A stretch of DNA of 64,000 nucleotides from assembly GCA_964394935.1 (NCBI GenBank), contig CAYMZN010000002.1:6360-70359 (forward strand), read 5' to 3'. Under the pieces are notes generated by a model that was given only the letters and a program-made list of their open reading frames with translations, searched no databases and was not told the DNA's origin. Positions 47,338-56,472 of the stretch are shown in pieces (position 1 is the first letter of the stretch; every line of letters begins with the position of its first letter). Made by a program: the position numbers and the translations under genes. The stretch is from an uncultured Candidatus Bathyarchaeia archaeon (GTDB lineage Archaea > Thermoproteota > Bathyarchaeia > 40CM-2-53-6).

Positions 47338-48420
47338 CTAGTTCTTCGCCCAGGCCAGTAATGTTTCCTGAGACAGATCAGTCCGCCTCAGGTTCGAGAG
47401 CCTAACTCCCACAAGACGGATCTTCCTGCGATCTTTCTCGAACTCGCTGAAGAGAGATCGCACCGAGTTCTGTACTATGTCCAATCGGTTTGCGTAGTCG
47501 TTCCTGCTATTGGCTCGGGTGAATGTTGAGAAGTCTTCAAACCTCAGCTTGATGCCGATCGTGCGCCACAGGAACCCGTCTTGGGTTGCCCGTGCATGTA
47601 CGTCCCTGGCAAGTTTGTCTAGCGTTTCAATGACGACGCGTCTGTCTTCGATGTCTTGCTCAAAGGTAGTTTCCGTACTGATGGACTTGATGTCGTATGA
47701 GGTCACGACCGGCGTTTCGTCGATCCCATTTGCGATCTCCGAAAGTCTAACGCCCCACTTTCCAAACAATTCGACCATTCGTCCCGCGGGGAAGCTTGCC
47801 AAGTCTCCGATCGTCTTGATGCCCACTTTCTCGAGGATCTCGGTGCTCTTGTTTCCTACGCCGCTAATCCGGGAGACGGGAAGGGGGCGGAGAAACTTCG
47901 GCGTTTCGTCAGGAGTGACCGTTGTGAGTCCATCAGGTTTCTGATGGTCGGAAGCGATCTTGGCGATTGCCTTGTTGGGGGCGATACCGATCGAGCATGT
48001 TAGTCCCTCCCGAGTCTCGATCTCCTCCTTGATCCTCTTGGCGATCTTCGCGGCCTCTTCGAAATCAGCTGCCTTGTCAGACAGATCTAGGAATGCTTCG
48101 TCAAGTCCCATCGGCTCGAGCTTGTCGGAGAAGCTACGGAGGGTGTCCATTATGCGTGCGGAGACTTCCTCGTACAGGGCAAAGTTCGGTCTGAGGTAGA
48201 CTGCTTGAGGGCAGAGTCGATATGCTCTCGATATCGGCTGAGCGGAGTGAACTCCAAACCTGCGCGCCTCGTACGAGCAGCCGGCAACGACGCCGCGCCC
48301 CTTTCCACCTTTGGGGTCCGCCCCCACGATTATTGGCAGACCAGCTAGCGTTGGATTCTGACGCCTCTCAACCGACGCGTAGAAGGCGTCCATGTCAACA
48401 TGGAGTATTATTCGCGGCAT
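47338..48420 (-). CDS. dinB: Y-family DNA polymerase IV (Dpo4/DinB)
   Basis: ILHVDMDAFYASVE, LDEAFLDL, SIGIAPNK.AKIAS and the little-finger region. I prefer the internal Met at 48420. Confidence 0.9.
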   Translation of the reverse strand: MPRIILHVDMDAFYASVERRQNPTLAGLPIIVGADPKGGKGRGVVAGCSYEARRFGVHSAQPISRAYRLCPQAVYLRPNFALYEEVSARIMDTLRSFSDKLEPMGLDEAFLDLSDKAADFEEAAKIAKRIKEEIETREGLTCSIGIAPNKAIAKIASDHQKPDGLTTVTPDETPKFLRPLPVSRISGVGNKSTEILEKVGIKTIGDLASFPAGRMVELFGKWGVRLSEIANGIDETPVVTSYDIKSISTETTFEQDIEDRRVVIETLDKLARDVHARATQDGFLWRTIGIKLRFEDFSTFTRANSRNDYANRLDIVQNSVRSLFSEFEKDRRKIRLVGVRLSNLRRTDLSQETLLAWAKN

Positions 48421-48773
48421 CGAAGATCCAGCGCCCAATAGCGGTCTATTTCTCTGGCTATTAAGACGGCTGAGGCACGCCTGCCGATCGAAGAATTTAG
48501 CTCGGAAGGCACTGCGCTGATTCAGGCTGCGAGCTTTCTGTCGCGAAAACAATGGGAAAGGAGAGAGATCCTGCTTGAGCGACCATTCAGGTTGTCGGAA
48601 CGGAGTAGAAGATGCAAGAAAAGGGTTGACGGTGCATGCACCGGTGATTACGAAGCGAGCCGGCTGCGCCTTCCACCTCTAGTGGTGGGATACATTGTCG
48701 CGGATGTGTTTATGGTCGCAGATCGCTTGGCCGACTCCTCGTGCTTCATGCTTCGCTGTCCGGTGATAGGGCA

Positions 48774-50180
48774 TCAGTAAGGTAGGCCTGCCAGCCACGG
48801 ATAGAGCTCCCTCAGCTTCTTCATAGCTTCCTGCACCTCTTCTTCCGGATAGGCGTATGGTTCCAGCTTTCCGTGGAGGTAGTCGTCGAAGGCCTGCATA
48901 TCGAAGTGGCCGTGGCCGCAGAGCAAGAAAAGAATGGTCTCTTCGCGGCCTGTCTGCTTGCACCTTAGAGCTTCATCGACGACGGCTTTGATGGCGTGTG
49001 ATGGTTCAGGGGCCGGCACTATTCCTTCAGTTCTGGTGAAGAGCTTCGCGGCATCGAAGACCTCAAGCTGGTTGTAGGCCACTGTTTCAACTTTCTTCTC
49101 CAATGCCAACAAGCATAGGGTAGGCGCCTTGCCGTGGTAGCGTAGGCCGCCGGCATGGATCGGCGGTGGTATGAACTCGTGGCCCAGGGTGTGCATCTTC
49201 ACTAGGGGGGTTAGTCTCGCTGTGTCGCCATGATCGTATCTGTATTCGCCCTTAGTAATAGAGGGACAAGCGCTGGGTTCAACAGCTATGAACCTGGTTT
49301 CCTTAGGCGCCTTCGCTGAAACTTTGTCGCCGTAGAAGGGCCAGAATAGCCCGGAGAAGCTGCTGCCTCCGCCTATGCATCCGAAGACCGCATCTGGGTA
49401 TTCGTCGATACCCTCGAGCTGCGTCTTGGTCTCAAGTCCCACGACGGTTTGATGCATCAAGACATGGTTAAAGACGCTCCCGATTGAATAGTTGGCCTCA
49501 TCATGAGTGAGCGCGTCCTCAACGGCTTCGCTAATGGCTATTCCCAAGCTTCCAGGGCTGTCAGGGTCTTTCTTCCGGATCTTCCGGCCAGCCTCCGTTT
49601 TCGTGCTTGGGCTAGGGTTAACCTCGGCGCCCCAGAGTTCCATTAGAACCCTCCTGTACGGTTTTTGGTCGTAGCTTGCCTTCACCATGTACACCGTACA
49701 TCCGAGGCCGAACGCCGCGCAGCCAAAGGCCAAGGCGGACCCCCACTGGCCAGCGCCTGTTTCCGTCGCCAGACGTTGTTTTCCCTCCTTCATGTTGTAG
49801 TAGGCCTGCGCAACGGCGGTGTTGGGCTTATGGCTTCCAGGCGGGCTCACTCCCTCGTACTTGTAGTAGATCTTGGCGGGAGTCTTCAGGGCTTTCTCCA
49901 GTCCCACGGCCCGGAAAAGTGGGGTGGGTCTCCAAAGCCGGTACACCTCCCTGACTTCTTCTGGAATGTTTACCCATCGCTCCTGGCTGAACTCTTGAGC
50001 GAGGATCTCCTTGGGGAATATCTGAGGGACGATCCCGGGCCCGGGTGCTCTCGTCGCTGGATCTATGATTGGAGGTAGGGGGCGGGGTAGGTCGGGCAGA
50101 ACGCAATACCACTGCTTCGGGATCTCGTCCTCGGTCAGGACAACCTTCCGGGACGAGTGTTTGGTTGACAACTGCGTCAT
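48774..50180 (-). CDS. TrpB2-type tryptophan synthase beta-like PLP enzyme
   Basis: The long N-terminal extension [20 protein letters not shown] (PLP Lys) and GGGSSFSG are typical of TrpB2. Confidence 0.8.
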   Translation of the reverse strand: MTQLSTKHSSRKVVLTEDEIPKQWYCVLPDLPRPLPPIIDPATRAPGPGIVPQIFPKEILAQEFSQERWVNIPEEVREVYRLWRPTPLFRAVGLEKALKTPAKIYYKYEGVSPPGSHKPNTAVAQAYYNMKEGKQRLATETGAGQWGSALAFGCAAFGLGCTVYMVKASYDQKPYRRVLMELWGAEVNPSPSTKTEAGRKIRKKDPDSPGSLGIAISEAVEDALTHDEANYSIGSVFNHVLMHQTVVGLETKTQLEGIDEYPDAVFGCIGGGSSFSGLFWPFYGDKVSAKAPKETRFIAVEPSACPSITKGEYRYDHGDTARLTPLVKMHTLGHEFIPPPIHAGGLRYHGKAPTLCLLALEKKVETVAYNQLEVFDAAKLFTRTEGIVPAPEPSHAIKAVVDEALRCKQTGREETILFLLCGHGHFDMQAFDDYLHGKLEPYAYPEEEVQEAMKKLRELYPWLAGLPY

Positions 50181-50498
50181 AGGCCCCCTAGGACTCTGAT
50201 GTGCTACTTAACGCTTTGGTCAGCATTTTTATACCCCAGAGCATGCTTCGGCGCATCGACGCCAATCTCTGAGAGCATTGACTGAGGATCGGAGGCTCAC
50301 CAAGCCCACGACACAAGCAAGAATCAGAGGCCTCGATCTTCGCGAAACTAAGCCCGGTTGGCTGGTTCCTCCACTATAGGGGCGCGTGATCTATTCGGAC
50401 TCAAGGCAGGTTTGGATCTTGCCGGGTACAGAATCCTCGGGGAGAACAATCCTTATCGCTTAAGACTTTGTTGTACGAATGTGTACATCGATGTGTGA

Positions 50499-50999
50499 AT
50501 GTGGCGCCAGATATCCGAGCGGCTCAAAGAGTACCCGGGGCGTCTGAGGGTAGCGAGGGCGCTGGTTGAGCTTGGGCTGAGTGTCAGAGAGGGCAGGATC
50601 TTCTGCGGCGACGTAGAGCAGTCGGAGCTCAAGATGGCTAGGGCGGTCGGCGTAGACCGACGCACTGTGAGGGAGACCGCTGAGTTCATCGAGTCTGACC
50701 CCGTTCTCAGTTCCGTCTTCAAGGGCTTGAAGCCGGCGGGGCCTTTCCTGCCAAAGGTCGCAAGGTTCCTGGGCTACCGTGTGATAGAGATCTATGCAGA
50801 TCCTCATGCAGTCGGAATCGTTGCTGAAGCTTCAGCGCTGATCTCTAAAGAGGGCATCTCCATTCGGCAAGCTGTCGCCGACGATCCTGACCTGACTCCA
50901 GAGCCAAAACTCACGCTGGTAGTAGAGAGGGAACCGTCCGGAGACACGCTTCAGAAGATGCTTAAGATTCCAGGCGTGACGAAAATTGCCACGTACTAG
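50499..50999 (+). CDS. ACT-domain regulator of amino-acid metabolism (COG2150-like)
   Basis: RVARALVELGLSVREGRIFCGDVE..ARAVGVDRRTV is followed by an ACT-like C-terminal half. Confidence 0.6.
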   Translation: MWRQISERLKEYPGRLRVARALVELGLSVREGRIFCGDVEQSELKMARAVGVDRRTVRETAEFIESDPVLSSVFKGLKPAGPFLPKVARFLGYRVIEIYADPHAVGIVAEASALISKEGISIRQAVADDPDLTPEPKLTLVVEREPSGDTLQKMLKIPGVTKIATY

Positions 51000-51837
51000 T
51001 CCTGGGAAGGGTCGATCACTGGAACTACGAGATCTCATTTCAATCGCACGGGAGGCTGGGGATGCGCTTGCAAGAGATTTCGGCAAGAAAGAGCTGTCTG
51101 AGGTGGTCGGAGTTGGTTGCTGTGGAGATGAGACTGTTCGTGCAGATCGTCTCGCCGAGGAGATTGTGCTCAAGAGGTTGGGCGAGATCGGAAACATAGA
51201 AGTGATCTCTGAGGAAGCGGGGCGCGTCCTATTCGGCAAACCGGAGTATAGAGTCGTCCTCGATCCGCTGGACGGCAGTTCAAACTACGCCCGCGGCATC
51301 CCCGTCTTCTCGGTCTCGATGGAAGTTCTAACCATGCCCACTAACGAGCCTTCGATGGCGGTAATCTACGAGCCAATGCGACGAAGGACATTCTGGGCAG
51401 AGCGAGGACGAGGTGCATACTTGGACGGTTCAAGAATCCAAACCAACCGTGAAAGACCGTTTGAGGAGTGCTTATTCGATATGGACCTACATACAGCCGC
51501 AGACAAGGCGAGATTCATCAAGTTCGTCGATGCGTTTCGTAGATTCGGGCTCTCCCTGAAGAGTTTCCGCAGCCTTGGATCCTGTGCGGTTTCACTTGCC
51601 TATACGGCCTGTGGAACACTCGATGGTTTTCTCGACTTCTCTAAGAATAGCAGGATGGTTGACATAGCCGCAGGGCTAGTGATACTTCATGAAGCAGGAG
51701 GTATAGCCACGGACATTCACGGCAAGCCAATCGAAGAAGGATACGAGTCAGTAATCGCATGCTCCAGCCAGCAGATCAATCTCAAGATCAGAAAACTTCT
51801 GAGAGGCGAAACAAGTCCCAGAGAACAACCTGCCTAG
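50986..51837 (+). CDS. inositol monophosphatase / fructose-1,6-bisphosphatase family (SuhB-like)
   Basis: ISEE, VLDPLDGSSNY and the WDIAAG-like VDIAAGLVI block. Confidence 0.8.
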   Translation: MPRTSPGKGRSLELRDLISIAREAGDALARDFGKKELSEVVGVGCCGDETVRADRLAEEIVLKRLGEIGNIEVISEEAGRVLFGKPEYRVVLDPLDGSSNYARGIPVFSVSMEVLTMPTNEPSMAVIYEPMRRRTFWAERGRGAYLDGSRIQTNRERPFEECLFDMDLHTAADKARFIKFVDAFRRFGLSLKSFRSLGSCAVSLAYTACGTLDGFLDFSKNSRMVDIAAGLVILHEAGGIATDIHGKPIEEGYESVIACSSQQINLKIRKLLRGETSPREQPA

Positions 51838-51971
51838 TCGTCGCACATCTTGCCCCAAGGTAACAACTGTGAAGGAACACAGATCGCCGTAGCCACTGTC
51901 GGCAGCTTTCTGTATGCCATATGCGAAACGCCTATGAGTAATCCATAGTGGTCTTGCGCACAGTGCCTCGT

Positions 51972-53036
51972 ATGCAGGTCGCGACAGAGAAGCCGAAGCT
52001 GTTCGGGTCACTCGTATCCGAAGTGTTGAACCGCGACCTATGCACGTTCTGCGGCGCCTGCGTAGCAGTGTGCCCAGTCTACATACTCCAGATACAGGGC
52101 GAGAAACCCACGATGCGGGGCAAATGCGAACTCTGCCAAGTGTGTTACTACTCTTGCTCAGCGGCGGAGTTTCCGAGGGAGGAAGTTGAGAAGAAGATCT
52201 TCGGACGAGCCAGGAACCCAGACGAACCAATTGGTATCTATCAGACCGCAGCGAACGGGCGGTCTACGAGGGAAGAGATCCTCACCAAGAGCCAAGATGG
52301 CGGAGTCGTCACGTCCATCCTAGGTCACTCGCTCGAAAATGGGAAGATTGAAGCCGCGGTGGTAACATGCACCGACAGTGGAGTGCCTTGGAAGTCCGTC
52401 CCCTGTGTAGCGCTGAACTACCGTGATGTCCTCAACGCCGCTGGAACGAAGTATACACCAAGCCCGACTCTCATCGGGCTTATGTCCGCAGTCGAGGAGT
52501 ATGCAAAGAAGAGCGTCGCGATCGTGGGAACCCCATGCCAGATTCGGTCGTACAGGAGAATGCAGACATCGCTTCTTGGAGCGATGAAGCTCGCAAAGTC
52601 GGTCTCCTTGGCGATCGGGCTCTTCTGCATGGAAAGCTACCGACACGATGACTTCCTAGGAGACTACCTACGAGCTAGGAACATCGATTTGAGCCAGGTG
52701 AGCCGCTTCGCGATAAAGAAGGGAAAATTCAGAGTCTATGTCCGAGGCGAGGAGGCTCTGACTGTTCCACTCAAGGAAATTGACGAGTTCGTGCGATCTA
52801 GCTGCAGAGTCTGTGATGACTTCACCGCCGAATTTGCCGACATATCGGTCGGAGGGGTCGGGTGTCCAGGTGGCTGGTCCACTGTGATCGCACGGACGTC
52901 GCGTGGACAGGAATTCCTAGCAGAAGCCGAGAGGAATGGTTGGCTAGAGTTGAGAACAATAGATCCAGGGAGACATGGAATCGAACAGGTGCTTAAGCTC
53001 TCTGCAACAAAAAAAGCACGTGTCCAGAAAACCTGA
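51972..53036 (+). CDS. FrhB/FdhB-family (F420-reducing hydrogenase/dehydrogenase beta subunit-like) flavo-iron-sulfur protein
   Basis: The N-terminal 2x[4Fe-4S] CTFCGACVAVCP / CELCQVCYYSC, QDGGVVTSIL, and the C-terminal CRVCDDF. Confidence 0.7.
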   Translation: MQVATEKPKLFGSLVSEVLNRDLCTFCGACVAVCPVYILQIQGEKPTMRGKCELCQVCYYSCSAAEFPREEVEKKIFGRARNPDEPIGIYQTAANGRSTREEILTKSQDGGVVTSILGHSLENGKIEAAVVTCTDSGVPWKSVPCVALNYRDVLNAAGTKYTPSPTLIGLMSAVEEYAKKSVAIVGTPCQIRSYRRMQTSLLGAMKLAKSVSLAIGLFCMESYRHDDFLGDYLRARNIDLSQVSRFAIKKGKFRVYVRGEEALTVPLKEIDEFVRSSCRVCDDFTAEFADISVGGVGCPGGWSTVIARTSRGQEFLAEAERNGWLELRTIDPGRHGIEQVLKLSATKKARVQKT

Positions 53037-53142
53037 CCCCGTAGCTGCTCTGCAAACAATACCCTGGCGGGCCCGGTGGAAACTTCGCGGACATGCGACG
53101 CAGTAGTTCACGAGTCAGGGGCCTAGCAGACGATGGCGCTTG

Positions 53143-53580
53143 CTAAGCAGCGCCAGCAGACTTGCTGATGATTTCCCATAGTTCCTCTTCAAGAGTTGCG
53201 CCATGTTGAGGTTTCTCAACGAAACGTCCTTTTTCTCTCCAAGACTTCTCATGAACGACTATGGTAGGGATCCGGAGTACCTGCATCTCCTCTGCTATGT
53301 CCCGGTTTTCATCAAAATCGACAACCTTGACGGAGATGTTGCTGTTGTTGGCTTGAATCAGGAGTTTTGCCAAGCTAGGTATATGAGCGCGGCATTCCGC
53401 ATTCCACTCAGCGGAGAACACTACCATGAAGTACCGCGAGTTGATCGCAGCGAATTTGTCAACGATTTCCTGCTTCGGTTGATACTCTTGGACTCTACGT
53501 TTCATTGTCTGCTTGCTGTTTGGATTCCTGACAGTGTTGATGTAGTCGAAAATGTCTTTGCCGATCTTCATCGCCATCAA
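53143..53580 (-). CDS. thioredoxin-fold protein with a monothiol WNAEC site
   Basis: FSAEWNAECRAHIP sits where thioredoxins carry WCxxC. A cis-Pro context RIPTIVV is present. Confidence 0.5.
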   Translation of the reverse strand: MMAMKIGKDIFDYINTVRNPNSKQTMKRRVQEYQPKQEIVDKFAAINSRYFMVVFSAEWNAECRAHIPSLAKLLIQANNSNISVKVVDFDENRDIAEEMQVLRIPTIVVHEKSWREKGRFVEKPQHGATLEEELWEIISKSAGAA

Positions 53581-53658
53581 GAGTTCGTCAACTCAAGATA
53601 GTCTTATTGTCTAGAGCCAGAAGATTTCGCTTTCAGGATTCATCCAGTGTACGACTCG

Positions 53659-55629
53659 CTATTCCTGGAGAAACACTTTATCGGTATGAAGAACGAGCTT
53701 TCCCGTCTGAGGATCGCGTCTCATGATGCCGAAGGCTTCTATCCTCATTCCAGCAAGCTTCCCAGTGGCATCTATGGGTAGAGCTACGGTACTCGTCCTT
53801 TTCGTTAATATTTCTTTCTGAGCCCAACTCACACTCTTGCCAATCAGACTCTGCGGGTCCTTTGTTCGGACCTTCGCGACGATTGTGTCGGTTCCATCAT
53901 CAAGCCGCATGTGTGCTGAAAGTAACCAAGCCGGTTGGGCCTGAACACCGTGAGTCGGGCATACGAATTGGTCGTCAGAGGGAGCAACTGGTTCTTCACA
54001 TTGACTGCAGACAGAAGCAAGGGCCGCATCCTCTCCCGCATCGAGGACTATTGCTCTGACCCAGACTTGCTCATTCTCTTTCAACGCGATGAAGTTGCGG
54101 ATTTCGTTTGAAGGGGGATGCTCATCTCTAGTGTGAGCCAAGACCTCAAGGTTCGATGCTTGAACCGTATTTAGTTCGGTTTTCTCTGCTAGGCCAGGTC
54201 TAGGCAAGAGGCCGTAGACTCGGATTCTAGTGCCGGTTCGAAGTTTGCCGGCCTCAGCCGCGTGTGATCTCCAAAATGAGACCCTCGCCTCGCCCGTATC
54301 GTCGCGGATCTGAGTTGATGTTACTTGAACCTTCTCGCCTTTCGCAGTCGTCACCTCCCTGCTCTCAGGTTCGGCAACGACTTCCCCTTCTATCGCCACG
54401 AGTTCCGAATTCGACCTAACCTCGCCGATCTTGCTGATCTTGACGTTGACCGTCTCGCTTGTGTCTTCCACTCTCTGAACAAGGGCCGTCCTTCCTACGC
54501 TCACCGAGACCTGCCCAAGCCTAAGGCTCGGCATAGCATCCTCTATTCGAACAATGTCGCCTGCTCTCAGCTGGGACGCAAGTTCGGCCTTGTCGTCCCA
54601 CAATGAAACGGAGACTATTCCTGTCTCATCGCCAACAAGTATCCGCGAAATCGCAACCCTCTCACCACTCTTTCGCTTCACCTGTTGCAGGCTACTGACT
54701 CCAACAACACGTGCCACTAAATTCGCAGTTGGCAGGTTGGGTTTCAGTTCACCAATCTTGTGGAGCCTTATCTCTGGGACCTCGAAACCCTTGGGCGGAC
54801 TCTCAAGAAGGACGGCTTTCGTTCTACTCTCTAGGTGAATCTCAAGTCGACCGGAGTTGTCTCGGCGTAGCCTACCATTACGAATTCTAAGAACGTCACC
54901 CCTCTTGAGGTTCCGCAGTTCCTCCGCTCTCTCATTCCAGGCGACGATGGGCATAGACCCCGTCTTGTCCGCGAGCATGGTCCTGAGCACTGTTCCCCTC
55001 TGTCCGCTCCTGTCGAACTCGTAGAGCCTGGGTCTAGAATGGACGATGCCTAGCAGATTGAGTTCGATGGCCGGTTCTCTTACGTCTCCTATCAGCGTAA
55101 TCTCGACTTCAGGCTCGGATGCTACTGCGATCTCGCTTCGTTCGCCTACGTTGAGTTCGACTTCGCCTGTGAGACCGGCACGTGTGTAGCCATGTCTAAT
55201 CGTGATCGATCTTCCGGCAAGGTCGCCGTGCTTGAGTATCTCTTCAACCTTCGTATCCCAAACAATGCAGCTGATCTTTCCAGTTTCGTCGCCGAGAAGA
55301 ATCTTCACAACGCGCCCAGTTGAGCCGTCCTGGCGAACAAAACTCTTCAAGGGTTCAGCGGTTAGGACCTTTCCGGTCAGAGTGATGTCGTTCAATCCGG
55401 CGACAAGTTTTCGAATCTCGATGCTCGGGGCGGCGGTTGGTTCTGTTTCAATGAGTAGTTCCTCTGCCACGAGTCTAGCGGATCCTTCATCTGAAAGCAG
55501 GTCTTGAGCTTCTCGCCTCTTCTCTTCAATGAGGTCTTGAACCTGCTCGCGTGTCAAGTCCTTCCGGTGGGCTAGGATCTTTGCAATGAGGTATTCCATG
55601 GCGCCCAAGTTTTCTTCTCCGATGAGCAT
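53659..55629 (-). CDS. replication protein A-like ssDNA-binding protein (multiple OB folds plus a zinc finger)
   Basis: Four repeated OB-like units (ITLTGKVL..., LNLLGIVH..., ANLVARVVGV..., VAIEGEVV...) and CSQCEEPV..(13)..CPTH. Confidence 0.8.
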   Translation of the reverse strand: MLIGEENLGAMEYLIAKILAHRKDLTREQVQDLIEEKRREAQDLLSDEGSARLVAEELLIETEPTAAPSIEIRKLVAGLNDITLTGKVLTAEPLKSFVRQDGSTGRVVKILLGDETGKISCIVWDTKVEEILKHGDLAGRSITIRHGYTRAGLTGEVELNVGERSEIAVASEPEVEITLIGDVREPAIELNLLGIVHSRPRLYEFDRSGQRGTVLRTMLADKTGSMPIVAWNERAEELRNLKRGDVLRIRNGRLRRDNSGRLEIHLESRTKAVLLESPPKGFEVPEIRLHKIGELKPNLPTANLVARVVGVSSLQQVKRKSGERVAISRILVGDETGIVSVSLWDDKAELASQLRAGDIVRIEDAMPSLRLGQVSVSVGRTALVQRVEDTSETVNVKISKIGEVRSNSELVAIEGEVVAEPESREVTTAKGEKVQVTSTQIRDDTGEARVSFWRSHAAEAGKLRTGTRIRVYGLLPRPGLAEKTELNTVQASNLEVLAHTRDEHPPSNEIRNFIALKENEQVWVRAIVLDAGEDAALASVCSQCEEPVAPSDDQFVCPTHGVQAQPAWLLSAHMRLDDGTDTIVAKVRTKDPQSLIGKSVSWAQKEILTKRTSTVALPIDATGKLAGMRIEAFGIMRRDPQTGKLVLHTDKVFLQE

Positions 55630-55727
55630 TGGCTCCTGGTCGGCTTGCGAGTCTCCCCTTGATGCAATAGCGTCTCAACCCTTATAATCGAACATTATGG
55701 TAGACGGGAAGGATCCGGTGGTCAGGA

Positions 55728-56048
55728 ATGGTTGCGAGCGCGCGTACGCTGACGACCGTCGCTTGGGGCTTGTTCTTCATCCTCGTCGGCGGCGCTTGGA
55801 TCTACGGTCAAGCGTACGGCATAGATCTGGGAACAATTGTCGCGATAGGTGTTGGACTCATACTGATCGGCTTGAACATTGGCAGACACTTCATAGGCGC
55901 CCGGATGGGCAAGTTCAGTCTGGGAATAGGCATACTTGCACTCTTGATTGGTCTCGCGAGGTACGCCGGAACACCCGTGGATATCGTACCCCTAATCATC
56001 ATCTTAGTCGGGCTCTTCATAATAGCAGAGGCAATTGTGAGAAAATAG
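55728..56048 (+). CDS. small membrane protein (3 TM)
   Basis: Hydrophobicity pattern only. Confidence 0.4.
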   Translation: MVASARTLTTVAWGLFFILVGGAWIYGQAYGIDLGTIVAIGVGLILIGLNIGRHFIGARMGKFSLGIGILALLIGLARYAGTPVDIVPLIIILVGLFIIAEAIVRK

Positions 56049-56178
56049 GACCAGAGTCACGCAACGTCGCTACGGTCGGTTCGTTCCATCGCTTCCCAGG
56101 ATCTAGAGCAAATCTTGGTCCCCCCGCGCCGCTGCCGATGGTTTTTTGGGCAACGTTGGTAGCATCGCTAGGTAGAGT

Positions 56179-56454
56179 GTGTTTCGATTCTTGGCTGAAG
56201 AACGGTTGGAGCAGATTGGACAGATAAGACACTACTACACCAAGATCGGCGTCGCTGTAATCGACTTGACCGCCAAGGTAGCTGTCGGCGACACGATACG
56301 GGTCAAGGGTATGACCTCAGACTTTCGCCAGAAAGTTGAGAGTATGCAAATCGAGCATGTGAACGTGCAGAACGCGAACGCCGGGCAATCAATCGGGCTC
56401 AAGGTCATGGACAAGGTCAGAGAAGGAGACCTTGTCTACAAGATTCTCGCATAA
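56179..56454 (+). CDS. EF-Tu domain-2-like small protein (translation elongation factor-like beta-barrel)
   Basis: IRHYYTKIGVAVIDLTAKVAVGDTIRVKGMTSDFRQKVESMQIEHVNVQNANAGQSIGLKV. The start is uncertain (56179, 56191 or 56206). Confidence 0.55.
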   Translation: MFRFLAEERLEQIGQIRHYYTKIGVAVIDLTAKVAVGDTIRVKGMTSDFRQKVESMQIEHVNVQNANAGQSIGLKVMDKVREGDLVYKILA

Positions 56455-56472
56455 GTCGAGAAGACCCTAAAC

